Positions 1-9,589 of a stretch of 64,000 nucleotides of DNA are shown here, one piece after another. Below the pieces are notes generated by a model. That model was not told the origin of the DNA. It did no database searches and saw only the letters and a program-made list of their open reading frames with translations. Origin of the DNA: Clostridiales bacterium (GTDB taxonomy: Bacteria; Bacillota; Clostridia; DUPQ01); assembly GCA_023145435.1 (NCBI GenBank), contig JAGLDS010000001.1, positions 51,140 to 115,139 of the forward strand. The letters run 5' to 3'. Each line of letters begins with the position of its first letter. Within the stretch, counting starts at the first letter, position 1. Both the position numbers and the translations under genes were made by a program.

Positions 1-1284
1 ATTGGGAAAAGATATCAATCAAAATTTATTCAAAAGTTTTCTGGATTAATTATCTTTTTATTCATGCCACTTTACACAGCAGCAGTTATGATTGGAGCAT
101 CAAAGTTTATTGAAACGCAATTAAATATTAATTATGATGTAGCATTATTTTCATTCTCAATTATTATTGCAATCTATGTATTTTTTGGTGGTTTAAAAGG
201 TGTTATGTATTCTGATGCTTTCCAAGGAACTATTATGTTTGTTGGAATGATTATTTTACTATTTTCTGTATATAACGGATTAGGAGGATTTACAGAGGCT
301 CATATTAAATTAGGAGAATTATTCTCAAATCCTGATGCTGCAGGAATGGCTATGGCACCTCCAGGGTTTATGGGATGGCTTAATATGCCAGCTGGTGGGT
401 CTATTTCAGCATGGATTGTAATATCATCATTAGTAATGGGTGTTGGTATTGGTGTACTAGCACAACCACAATTAATTGTTAGATTTATGACAGTTAAAAG
501 TGATCGTGAATTAAATAGAGCTATTCCAATTGGTGGAATATTTATTTTAATGATGACAGGTGTTGCTTTTATTGTTGGACCATTATCAAATGTATATTTC
601 TTTGAGAAATTTGGTATGACAGCGATGGCTTATGCAAAATCATTGGGTTCAGGTTCAGGGGCGATTATTCCTGCATTCTTGAATAATTTCATGCCAGAGT
701 GGTTCTCAACGGTATTCTTAGTAGTTATAATTGCAGCTGGTATGTCAACCATATCATCACAGTTCCATACTATTGGAACAGCTGTTGGACGTGACTTATT
801 TGGTTCTAAGAAAAATAATGAAAAACAAAATATGTTATTTTCTAGAATTGGTATGCTAATAGCCATTATTGTTACTATTTTATTAGCTTACGTATTACCA
901 ACTATATGGAATGATTCTATTGCTATTGCTACAGGGTTGTTCTTTGGAATATGTGCGGCTTCATTCTTACCAATGTATATTGGAGCGTTATACTTTAAAA
1001 CAGTTAGTAGAAAAGCTGCCATTATTGGTATGATATCTGGATTTTCAGCTAGCATGCTTTGGATGTTATTCTTCCATAGTAAAGAATCAGCTGTTATTAA
1101 ACTTTGTGATTTAATTTTCCATAAATCATCATTAGCTCCTGCGGGAACTATTATTGCTTTTATTGATCCGATTATTATTGCATTATCACTTTCAATTATT
1201 GTTACAGTGATTGCTGGTAAACTTATAAAATCAGACTTACCAAAAGAACATATTGAAGAGTGTTTTGAAGGTGTTGGAAAATAA
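1..1284 (+). CDS. sodium:solute symporter (SSS) family transporter, 5' end cut by the window edge
   Basis: The frame is open from base 1 (IGKRYQSKFIQKFSG...) and continuous with ORF 64..1284. The protein is a multi-helix hydrophobic protein with SSS-like segments (AQPQLIVRFMTVKS). The TAA stop is followed by a terminator. Confidence 0.75.
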   Translation: MGKRYQSKFIQKFSGLIIFLFMPLYTAAVMIGASKFIETQLNINYDVALFSFSIIIAIYVFFGGLKGVMYSDAFQGTIMFVGMIILLFSVYNGLGGFTEAHIKLGELFSNPDAAGMAMAPPGFMGWLNMPAGGSISAWIVISSLVMGVGIGVLAQPQLIVRFMTVKSDRELNRAIPIGGIFILMMTGVAFIVGPLSNVYFFEKFGMTAMAYAKSLGSGSGAIIPAFLNNFMPEWFSTVFLVVIIAAGMSTISSQFHTIGTAVGRDLFGSKKNNEKQNMLFSRIGMLIAIIVTILLAYVLPTIWNDSIAIATGLFFGICAASFLPMYIGALYFKTVSRKAAIIGMISGFSASMLWMLFFHSKESAVIKLCDLIFHKSSLAPAGTIIAFIDPIIIALSLSIIVTVIAGKLIKSDLPKEHIEECFEGVGK

Positions 1285-1303
1285 GAATATACTAGTTACT
1301 AAA

Positions 1304-1334
1304 AGATCTGGTTTTTTATCAGGTCTTTTTTTTA
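1304..1334 (+). terminator. intrinsic terminator after the symporter gene
   Basis: Stem AGATCTG (1304-1310) pairs with CAGGTCT (1320-1326), including one G-U pair, with a 9-nt loop. A T8 run follows (1327-1334). Confidence 0.6.
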
Positions 1335-1412
1335 TAAAAAATTAGGTTAAATGAAAATATTATATAAAATAAGTTATAATGTAATTCTATTGCATATTAT
1401 TATGGAGTGATT

Positions 1413-2279
1413 ATGAAAAGCGAAACACAAATCTATAAAATTATATTAAATATGGCAAATAATGATGAGAGAATCAGAGCAGTAGAATTAAATGGATCTC
1501 GCTCTAATCCAAAAGCTATCAAAGATGATTATCAAGATTATGATATCGCTTGCTATGTTACAGATTTGACATATTATAAGAATAATCAAAAATTCATTGA
1601 AAATTTTATGAGTAATTTTGGAAAACTAATTATTATGCAATCAGCAGCAGAACAATCTGATTATGATATGGATAATGATAATTGGTATATTTATATGATG
1701 CAATTTGATGATGGGATACGTATTGATTTATCTTTTTATAAAATAAATGAATCTATTGATTCAAATAGAGAAAGTTTAAGTGTAATACTCCTTGATAAAG
1801 ATGGTTTATTTTCACATTCACATGTTTCAGATGAACGAGATTTTTATCCTAAAATACCTACAGATAAAGAATTTCGTTTTAGTACCAACGAATTTTGGTG
1901 GTTAGTAACATATGTAGCAAAGGGAATTGCTAGAAAAGAAGTTACTTTTTCAAAAGTAATGTTTGACTGTTATTTAAGAAAAGAACTTTTTAAAATGATT
2001 AATTGGTATATAGGAATAACAACTGACTATGATGAAAATCCAGGAAAACTAGGAAAAAATTATCATACCCTATTAGATGAAAAAAACTATAAATTATATT
2101 TAGCCACATACTCTTCTAATGATTTTTTAGAAATGACAAAATCCCTTTTAACCATTTGTAAACTTTATGAGAATTTATCTAACGAAGTTGCTATTAAGAA
2201 TAAATTTAAATATAAAAAGAGTGAGGCACAGAATGTCACAAAGTATATTTTAAATATGAAAAAATTGGGTAAAATTTAA
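1413..2279 (+). CDS. aadK: aminoglycoside 6-nucleotidyltransferase, ANT(6)/AadK family
   Basis: The sequence can be aligned by eye along its length to B. subtilis AadK: NDERIRAVELNGSRSN, DYQDYDIACYVTDL, NWYIYMMQFDDGIRIDLSF, NEFWWLVTYVAKGIARKE. GGAG lies 5 nt upstream of the ATG at 1413; the ORF track starts at GTG 1407. Confidence 0.8.
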   Translation: MKSETQIYKIILNMANNDERIRAVELNGSRSNPKAIKDDYQDYDIACYVTDLTYYKNNQKFIENFMSNFGKLIIMQSAAEQSDYDMDNDNWYIYMMQFDDGIRIDLSFYKINESIDSNRESLSVILLDKDGLFSHSHVSDERDFYPKIPTDKEFRFSTNEFWWLVTYVAKGIARKEVTFSKVMFDCYLRKELFKMINWYIGITTDYDENPGKLGKNYHTLLDEKNYKLYLATYSSNDFLEMTKSLLTICKLYENLSNEVAIKNKFKYKKSEAQNVTKYILNMKKLGKI

Positions 2280-2302
2280 TATATAACAATAAGGAGTATA
2301 GT

Positions 2303-2743
2303 GTGAAAAAAATTGTAGCATTTGTTTGCACACACAATTCATGTAGAAGCCAAATGGCAGAAGGCTATTTAAAGGCTTTTGGAAGTGATATTGCAGATGT
2401 TTATTCAGCAGGTACTGTAAAATACCCACAAGTCAAACCAAAGGCTATAGAGGCTATGAAATGTGATGGTATTGATATAGCATTTCAATACCCGAAGCTA
2501 TTAAAAGAGATACCATTAGTAATAAATATATTAGTCACAATGGGATGTGGAGTTGTTTGCCCTCAAATTCCATGTGAGTATAGAATAGACTGGGGAATTG
2601 ATGATCCCTCAGGAGGTTCAATTGAGGACTTTATTAAAACTAGGGATTTAATTAAAAAAAAAGTTGTTGATCTAATAGAAAAGATTAAGAATGATGATTT
2701 AGAGGGCATTAAAGAAACAACTAATATTAACTTTACTTTCTGA
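2303..2743 (+). CDS. arsC: arsenate reductase, thioredoxin-coupled LMW-PTP type
   Basis: N-terminal CTHNSCRSQMAEGY P-loop (CX5R) and overall LMW-PTP/ArsC layout. GTG start with AAGGAG 7 nt upstream. Confidence 0.85.
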   Translation: MKKIVAFVCTHNSCRSQMAEGYLKAFGSDIADVYSAGTVKYPQVKPKAIEAMKCDGIDIAFQYPKLLKEIPLVINILVTMGCGVVCPQIPCEYRIDWGIDDPSGGSIEDFIKTRDLIKKKVVDLIEKIKNDDLEGIKETTNINFTF

Positions 2744-3004
2744 AACAAAAATGACTCCTTCATTTAGTAATAATTGTTTTTGTAAAAGTTTAAATGATGT
2801 TTCTGGAAGGTGACCACTACTTTTAATAACTCGCTGCCAAGGAATATCAAGTGAACTTGGTATTAACGACATAGCCTGACCTACTTTCCTCGCATAATAT
2901 GGAGAGCCTAGTATGGCACCTATTTGCCCATATGACATAACTTTTCCCTTGGGAATTTTTTTAACGACATCATATACTTGATTAAAAAATATTATTTTAT
3001 TCAT
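2699..3004 (-). CDS. alkyltransferase-like (ATL) / MGMT-family DNA-binding protein lacking the acceptor cysteine
   Basis: YGQIGAILGSPYYARKVGQAM helix-turn-helix segment. The active-site PCHRV is replaced by PWQRV, as in E. coli YbaZ/Atl (PWHRV). Its 3' end overlaps arsC convergently by 45 nt. Confidence 0.75.
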   Translation of the reverse strand: MNKIIFFNQVYDVVKKIPKGKVMSYGQIGAILGSPYYARKVGQAMSLIPSSLDIPWQRVIKSSGHLPETSFKLLQKQLLLNEGVIFVSESKVNISCFFNAL

Positions 3005-3063
3005 ACCCTTACTTTAACATGAATTTTCTGTATAATGAATGTAGTATTTCTTTTGGAGGAATT

Positions 3064-3702
3064 ATGAAAAAAATATATGAATATACTTTTGGAGAAGAAG
3101 CTGCAAACACTATTACTCATGGAGTAATGGCAATGCTTGTTTTATTAATAATGCCTTTTGCTATTCTATTTGTAAATTATAGAAATGATTTAACAAGCGC
3201 TATTGGTGTATCAATATTTTGTTTATCAGTATTTTTAATGCTATTATCATCTTCTCTTTTTCATTCGATGGAAAAAGATTCAAAGCACAAATTAATTTTT
3301 AAAATATTTGATCATATTTTTATTTATGTAGCTATAGCAGGAAGTTACACAGCTGTTGCTCTCTCAGTAATTAGAGGATGGCAAGGAATTGTTATTATAT
3401 GTATACAATGGGTTATGGTCTTAGCAGGTATATTACAAAAAGTACTTATTAATAGGAAAAATCCTGTATCTTCTGTAGCAGTTTATTTAATTATGGGATG
3501 GACTATTTTAGCATTTTTACCTTTGTTTTTACAAAAAGCTAGTTTCGCAATTATTTTATTTATTGCTCTTGGTGGAATATTTTATTCTATTGGAGCACTT
3601 ATCTATGCAAAAAAAGCATTTAAATATTATCATATGGTATGGCATTTGTTTGTCAATCTTGGAGTTCTTATGCATTTCATAGGATTAGTTTTTTTCTTAT
3701 AG
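3064..3702 (+). CDS. hemolysin III / PAQR family membrane protein
   Basis: Seven hydrophobic helices with Hly-III motifs (EEAANTITHG, SSSLFHS, DHIFIYVAIAGSYT, HLFV). GGAGGA precedes the ATG at 3064, so the upstream part of ORF 3019.. is probably untranslated. Confidence 0.8.
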   Translation: MKKIYEYTFGEEAANTITHGVMAMLVLLIMPFAILFVNYRNDLTSAIGVSIFCLSVFLMLLSSSLFHSMEKDSKHKLIFKIFDHIFIYVAIAGSYTAVALSVIRGWQGIVIICIQWVMVLAGILQKVLINRKNPVSSVAVYLIMGWTILAFLPLFLQKASFAIILFIALGGIFYSIGALIYAKKAFKYYHMVWHLFVNLGVLMHFIGLVFFL

Positions 3703-3711
3703 GAGGAGAAT

Positions 3712-5157
3712 ATGTCATTTAAAGTTGCCTTTATAGGGGCTGGGAGTATTGGATTTACTAGAAAAATCGTAAGAGATCTTTTATGTGTTGATTCTTTTAA
3801 GAATATAGAAATTACATTTATGGATATTAATGAGCATAACCTTGAAATGGTTAGAGCTTTGTGTCAACGTGATATTGATAGTAATAAAATATCAATAACT
3901 ATTAATACAACAACTAATCAAAAAGAAGCGGTTACTGATGCTAATTATGTTTTTGTAACTGCGAGAATTGGTGGATTAGAAGGGTTTGATACTGATATTA
4001 AAGTGCCATTAAAATATGGATTAGATCAATGCGTTGGAGATACACTTTGTGCTGGTGGAATAATGTATGGACAACGTGGAGTGCCATTTATTATGAATTT
4101 ATGTAAAGATATTAAGCAAGTTTCACATAGTAACTGTTTAATTCTTAATCATACAAATCCAAATGCGATGATAACATGGGCTGCTAATCATTATGGTAAA
4201 GTTCAAACAATTGGATTGTGCCATGGTGTACAACATGGACATCGTTTAATTGCAAATGCTTTGGGATATCCCAAGGATGAAATTGATTATATATGTGCAG
4301 GTATTAATCATCAAACATGGTATATTCAATTAAAACATAAAGGTAAAGATGTTAAAGGAGAATTATTAGAAGCTTTAGAAAATCATGAAGAATACTCGAA
4401 AACTGAAAAAGTTAGGATTGATATGCTAAAAAGATTTGGTTATTTTTCAACTGAATCAAACGGGCATTTAAGCGAGTATGTTCCTTGGTATCGTAAACGA
4501 ATAAATGAAATAAGTGAATGGATAGATACATCCGTTTGGATACATGGACAAACAGCTGGCTATTTAAGAGTGTGTATTGAAAATCGGAATTGGTTTGAAG
4601 AAGAATATCCACAATGGATGGAAGATGAACCATATAAATATACAGTAGAAAATAGAAGTGAAGAACATGGATCATACATTGTAGAAGGTTTAGAAACAGG
4701 TAAAGTATATAGAGGACATTTTAACATTGTAAATAATGGATGTATTACAAATCTTCCTGATGATGCTATTGTTGAAGTACCAGGTTATGTTGATAGAAAT
4801 GGTGTAAATATTCCTAAAGTAGGTGATTTACCCTTAGGATGTGCAGCTGTTTGTCAAAGCAGTATTCAGGTACAGCGAATGTCAGTTGAAGCTGCAATTA
4901 ATGGAGATATTATATTATTAAAACAAGCTATGATGATGGACCCATTAACAGGAGCTGTACTAAACCCTCCTGAAATATGGCAAATGACTGATGAAATGTT
5001 AGTAGAAGGGGAAAAGTGGCTTCCTCAATATAAAAAAGACATTATACAAGCAAAAGAAAGACTAAAGAATAAAAAAATAAAAACCAATGATAGTTTTAAA
5101 GGTGCTGTTCGATTGGATGTTAAATCCATTAATCAATTAAGAAAAGAAAAAAAATAG
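3712..5157 (+). CDS. glycoside hydrolase family 4 (NAD+/Mn2+-dependent alpha-galactosidase/alpha-glucosidase type)
   Basis: N-terminal Rossmann IGAGSIGFT, NHTNPNAM, and GLCHGV (the Cys-His metal site typical of GH4). Strong RBS AGGAGGAG. Confidence 0.85.
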   Translation: MSFKVAFIGAGSIGFTRKIVRDLLCVDSFKNIEITFMDINEHNLEMVRALCQRDIDSNKISITINTTTNQKEAVTDANYVFVTARIGGLEGFDTDIKVPLKYGLDQCVGDTLCAGGIMYGQRGVPFIMNLCKDIKQVSHSNCLILNHTNPNAMITWAANHYGKVQTIGLCHGVQHGHRLIANALGYPKDEIDYICAGINHQTWYIQLKHKGKDVKGELLEALENHEEYSKTEKVRIDMLKRFGYFSTESNGHLSEYVPWYRKRINEISEWIDTSVWIHGQTAGYLRVCIENRNWFEEEYPQWMEDEPYKYTVENRSEEHGSYIVEGLETGKVYRGHFNIVNNGCITNLPDDAIVEVPGYVDRNGVNIPKVGDLPLGCAAVCQSSIQVQRMSVEAAINGDIILLKQAMMMDPLTGAVLNPPEIWQMTDEMLVEGEKWLPQYKKDIIQAKERLKNKKIKTNDSFKGAVRLDVKSINQLRKEKK

Positions 5158-5173
5158 TTTTCGCATATAAAAA

Positions 5174-5223
5174 ACCCTAATAAATAACTAATTAAAATTA
5201 AATTTTATAGTATTTATTAGGGT
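5174..5223. terminator. bidirectional terminator between convergent genes
   Basis: Perfect 13-bp inverted repeat ACCCTAATAAATA (5174-5186) / TATTTATTAGGGT (5211-5223), flanked by A-run and T-run. The loop is long and AT-rich. Confidence 0.55.
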
Positions 5224-5236
5224 ATGTTTTAATGAT

Positions 5237-5833
5237 TTATCTGCTTAATTTCCTTTGAAAAGCATCTAAGTGTTTTTCTGAGGCATCTCTTAAATTTATA
5301 AATGTTTCTCTGATATCATCAGGAAGATCTAGTTCTAAGAATTGTTCATACATAGCTATATTATCAACTTCAGCTATAACACCAGTTTCGTATGCTTCAA
5401 TAATTGTAAAAGGTACTATTAAATGTGTTCCTGAGGTATCAACTGGTAGATCGAATCCATATGTTTCAAATAGAGGGATTAGCATACTTATATGTGAAAC
5501 TTCAGCATTTATAATATTTGTAAATGGTGATCCACCATCCATTTCGTTTATTATATATTCATATTCGCTTCTTGCAAGATACTCATCTTGTATTGCATAA
5601 ATTAGCATTTGTTCAATTGTGTATTCCCTTGCTTTAAAAGAACCAACAGCTCCGTATCCTAGGTCGCCTTCTTCAGTGGTTACATCAGTTATTTTTTTAG
5701 TAGCTTCTTCAACAACTATAGGTGTTGGTTTAGCGCTTTCGCTTGTATTTATAACTGCTTCTTCTGTTGAACAAGCAACAAGTGTTAATCCAATTAGTAA
5801 TGTTAGTGATATTATTAATAAATATTTTTTCAT
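5237..5833 (-). CDS. lipoprotein with a ferritin-like (DUF2202-type) domain
   Basis: Signal peptide with lipobox LTLVAC. The C-terminal part resembles the DUF2202 ferritin-like fold (DEYLARSEYEYII ... ASEKHLDAF). GAGGAG lies 7 nt upstream of the ATG at 5833. Confidence 0.6.
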   Translation of the reverse strand: MKKYLLIISLTLLIGLTLVACSTEEAVINTSESAKPTPIVVEEATKKITDVTTEEGDLGYGAVGSFKAREYTIEQMLIYAIQDEYLARSEYEYIINEMDGGSPFTNIINAEVSHISMLIPLFETYGFDLPVDTSGTHLIVPFTIIEAYETGVIAEVDNIAMYEQFLELDLPDDIRETFINLRDASEKHLDAFQRKLSR

Positions 5834-5952
5834 TTTTTTACTCCTCAATTAGTTTGTATACTTATTATTACCTACTACTCTTAAGATTACCTTAAGTTTT
5901 ATTGCAATTGAAATATAGTGTGGTATACTCAATAGTGAACGGAGGTTCATTA

Positions 5953-6564
5953 ATGACTCAAATATTAAAAGAATCAGTTAGACAAAGAATTATCAGTGAG
6001 GCAGTTAATCAGTTTAACGAAACCGGTTATATTCAATCAAAAATGAAAGATATTGCTATAAGAGCAGGTGTCTCTGTTGGAAATATATATCGTTACTTTG
6101 ATAACAAAGAAGATTTATTTGAAAGTATAGTTCAACCTGTCATTGAAAAAATTAATGAAATTTTTAATGAAATGCAAAAATATACTCCAAATTATGAAAT
6201 GACAAAAGAAAGCGCAACGACTTTTATTAATATATATTTACAATATCAAGATATATTTGTACTTGTACTTGAGAATAGCAGTAATACACGATTTGAAACC
6301 ATGAAGAATGATATTATTGAGAATTTTACTCAAATTGTATTGAGCTTTCCAGTAATTGCTAAGGAAATAAGCCAAAATAAACAGTTTTTATTTTATGTGA
6401 AAGCTTTTTCTGTAGCTTTTGTTAATGGTGTAATAAGTATACTAAAAGAAAGCTGTAGTATTGAAGAAAAAATAGAACAGGTAACATTTTTCTTAGATAA
6501 TATGAGAAATATGTTAATTAGTTCTTGTGAAAAGGATAAAGATAATGGAAAAATTATTAAATAG
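5953..6564 (+). CDS. TetR/AcrR family transcriptional regulator
   Basis: HTH MKDIAIRAGVSVGNIYRYFDNKEDLF. GGAGG precedes the ATG at 5953. Confidence 0.9.
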   Translation: MTQILKESVRQRIISEAVNQFNETGYIQSKMKDIAIRAGVSVGNIYRYFDNKEDLFESIVQPVIEKINEIFNEMQKYTPNYEMTKESATTFINIYLQYQDIFVLVLENSSNTRFETMKNDIIENFTQIVLSFPVIAKEISQNKQFLFYVKAFSVAFVNGVISILKESCSIEEKIEQVTFFLDNMRNMLISSCEKDKDNGKIIK

Positions 6565-9500
6565 TTTAATTAAAAATAGAAAAATCACTTTACTTTTTAT
6601 GGTGGTAATATTATTAATGGGAGTTGTTACCTATTATTTTAGTCCTAAACAAGATTCACCCGACCTATCAATACCTTATGCAATGATTACAACTGTTTAT
6701 CCAGGGGCTAGCCAAGGAGATGTTGAAAGACAAGTTACTAGTGTCATCGAGAATAATATTAGCCAAATGAAAGGATACAATACTAGTTTTTCATATAGCT
6801 CATCCAATCTATCTGTAATTATTGTAGAGTTAGCTTTTGATGTAAATAGAGATCAAGCTTTTGATGAACTAGATAATATTATTACAAAGACACAAAAAGA
6901 AATACCAGAACAGGCAATGAATATTTTAGTTAATAATAAAATTACTGATGAGGCTGCTATTATTTTGTCACTATCATCTGATGTATATACTTATGAGAAA
7001 TTAAATGATTATGCTAAGGAGCTAGGAGAAATATTAGATAGTATAGAAGGAGTAGAAAAATTCGAAAGTGAAGGACTCATAAATGAGCAAGTTATTATAG
7101 AGGTTGATGATAAAAAAATTGAAAATTTATCTCTTGCATTACAAGACATTGTAAATATAGTAAATATTAATAACATAATGTTACCATATGGAAAAGTCGA
7201 AAATATTGGAGAAAAAATTTCAGTAAATATAAATGAATCATATAAATCCATTGAAGATATTAAAAAAATAGTAATTGGGTTTAATCAAATAACTAAGCAG
7301 ATGATAACACTAAATGATGTGGCTGATATTTATAAGGAAAGTAAAAGCAGTGACACATATTATATATTTAATGATCAACCAACTATTCTGTTAACTGGAA
7401 CTTTTGAAGATGATCAAAATATTTTATTAATTGGGGATGAAATAAAAGAAGAAATAGAAATATTTAAAGAACAATTACCAAATGATATCCTTTTAACAGA
7501 AATTTTATTTCAACCAGATGAAGTGGCTGCATCAATTAACCAATTTATGATGAATCTACTTTTAGGTGTTGCTTTAGTAATTATTGTTGTTTTTCTTGGT
7601 ATGGGAGGTAGGAATGCAATTATTATTTCTATCTCAATCCCGATGTCTATCTTATTATCTATTAGTTTTATGAAACTAATTTCTATACCTATTCACCATG
7701 TATCTATTGCTGCATTGATTGTATCTCTTGGAATGCTAGTTGATAACTCGATAGTTGTGAGTGATTCAATACAAGATCGCCTAGACAAAGGACAAAAACG
7801 AATGAAGGCTTGTACAAAAGGAGTTTTGGATGTGGCTATTCCTGTTGGGACTTCAACCTTAACAACCATAGCAGCTTATACTCCGTTTTTATTTCTAAGT
7901 TCTATAGCTGGAGATTATATTAAAGCTCTTCCTCAAATAGTAATTATGACTTTATCAGCTTCTTATGTAGTTGCAATCTTATTTATTCCAGTTCTTGGTT
8001 ATATGTTTTTTAGGAAGAGAAAAAATAAAAAAGAAAAGTCTATTGTAGCAAGACTTTATACAACAGTTCTTAAAAAAGGATTAAAGGTAAAATGGGTTGT
8101 TATATTATCTGTTCTATTAGCTATAGCTGGAACAGCATTTTTAGCAACTAAATTAGATGTTATTTTCTTTCCAGCTTCAGATAAAGACATTATATACATT
8201 GATGTTATTAATCATAACAGTAATGATTTAGAAAGCACTCATGATATTGCGGTTTCCATTGGTGAAATTTTAGATAGTGAAGATAGTATTAGTTATTATG
8301 TGTCTTCAGTTGGAGGAGGATTACCTCGTTTTAATAAAATTATGTATATTTATTCTGCAAAGCCAGATATTAGTCAAATTATGATGCGCATTGATTTAGA
8401 AAAAGGAGATTTTGTGACAAATGAAGAGCTAGTGAGTAATTTACAAGTTAGAATTTCTAATAGTCAACTTGAAGCAAAAGTGACAGTAAAACAACTAATG
8501 TATGCTTTTCCAATGGACGAAGATGTTAATATTCGAATTAGTGGTAATGATATTACAAAAGTAAAAGAATATGAAATAATAATTTATGAAATGGTCTCCA
8601 AAAAGGAAGGAATGGAAAATGTCACAAAATCAAATTCAGATTATATTATGGAATATGTACTAGATATTAATAAAGATATGTTAGCGATTAATGGATTAAC
8701 ATTAATTGATGTACAAAATCAATTAAGTATTGCCTCACTAGGTAGAACTAGTACTAAACTCATTGAAAATGATTATGAAAAAGAAATTCTAATAAAGTGT
8801 GATATTAAAAAATTAGATGATTTATTACAAGTTAGTATATATTCACCTACACAGAACAGATATATTAAGTTATCAACAATTATAACGGTACGAGAAGAAC
8901 AGTCTTTATCTACAATCCAAAAATATGATAGTGATTATGCTCTATCAGTAAAAGCTGATTTTAATTTAGAATACGATAAACATGAATTACTAAAGAGCAT
9001 AAAAGAAGAAATAGATCTTTTATCAATTTCTGATTGTGTAATAACATATGAAGGCGAAGACACTTTGATTAGAGAAAATTTTGGACAAATTGGTATATTA
9101 GCAATTATTGCTGCTATTGCTGTATTCTTAATTTTACTATTACAATTTAAATCATACATACAACCATTAATTATTTTTATGACCATTCCACTATCAGCAA
9201 TTGGGTCTGTTATTGGTTTGTATCTTACAAACCAGCCGATATCCTTTACGGCACTATTGGGAATAGTTAGTTTACTTGGAATTGTGGTAAATAACGCTAT
9301 TATACTAATTGCATATATTAATCATCAAACAACGATTGGTGTAACAATTAAAAAAGCGTGTATTAATGCAACGAATAGGCGACTTAGACCTATTTTTCTA
9401 AGTACAATAACAACAATTATTGGGTTAATTCCATTGGCTCTAAGTACTTCTGAACTATTTAAACCAATGGCAATCGCTTTAATGTCTGGACTTTTAGTAT

Positions 9501-9589
9501 CGACATTATTAACATTGATTGTAATTCCTGTATTAATTAGTATTGGGAATAAGCAAATAAACATAAAAACAATTAGAGGTGTAAAATGA
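6545..9589 (+). CDS. RND (AcrB/AcrD/AcrF family) efflux permease
   Basis: About 1000 aa with the 12-TM two-repeat architecture and two large loops, plus typical TM4/TM10-type segments (ALIVSLGMLVDNSIVV, LLGIVVNNAIIL). It overlaps the tetR 3' end. No adaptor (MFP) gene is adjacent. Confidence 0.85.
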   Translation: MEKLLNSLIKNRKITLLFMVVILLMGVVTYYFSPKQDSPDLSIPYAMITTVYPGASQGDVERQVTSVIENNISQMKGYNTSFSYSSSNLSVIIVELAFDVNRDQAFDELDNIITKTQKEIPEQAMNILVNNKITDEAAIILSLSSDVYTYEKLNDYAKELGEILDSIEGVEKFESEGLINEQVIIEVDDKKIENLSLALQDIVNIVNINNIMLPYGKVENIGEKISVNINESYKSIEDIKKIVIGFNQITKQMITLNDVADIYKESKSSDTYYIFNDQPTILLTGTFEDDQNILLIGDEIKEEIEIFKEQLPNDILLTEILFQPDEVAASINQFMMNLLLGVALVIIVVFLGMGGRNAIIISISIPMSILLSISFMKLISIPIHHVSIAALIVSLGMLVDNSIVVSDSIQDRLDKGQKRMKACTKGVLDVAIPVGTSTLTTIAAYTPFLFLSSIAGDYIKALPQIVIMTLSASYVVAILFIPVLGYMFFRKRKNKKEKSIVARLYTTVLKKGLKVKWVVILSVLLAIAGTAFLATKLDVIFFPASDKDIIYIDVINHNSNDLESTHDIAVSIGEILDSEDSISYYVSSVGGGLPRFNKIMYIYSAKPDISQIMMRIDLEKGDFVTNEELVSNLQVRISNSQLEAKVTVKQLMYAFPMDEDVNIRISGNDITKVKEYEIIIYEMVSKKEGMENVTKSNSDYIMEYVLDINKDMLAINGLTLIDVQNQLSIASLGRTSTKLIENDYEKEILIKCDIKKLDDLLQVSIYSPTQNRYIKLSTIITVREEQSLSTIQKYDSDYALSVKADFNLEYDKHELLKSIKEEIDLLSISDCVITYEGEDTLIRENFGQIGILAIIAAIAVFLILLLQFKSYIQPLIIFMTIPLSAIGSVIGLYLTNQPISFTALLGIVSLLGIVVNNAIILIAYINHQTTIGVTIKKACINATNRRLRPIFLSTITTIIGLIPLALSTSELFKPMAIALMSGLLVSTLLTLIVIPVLISIGNKQINIKTIRGVK

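Noticed and set aside
1407-3702. ANT(6)-ArsC-ATL-hemolysin III stretch, considered as an acquired resistance island
   Set aside because: It has no flanking repeats or mobility genes and no visible composition shift. aadK-like and arsC genes are common chromosomal genes in low-GC Gram-positive lineages.
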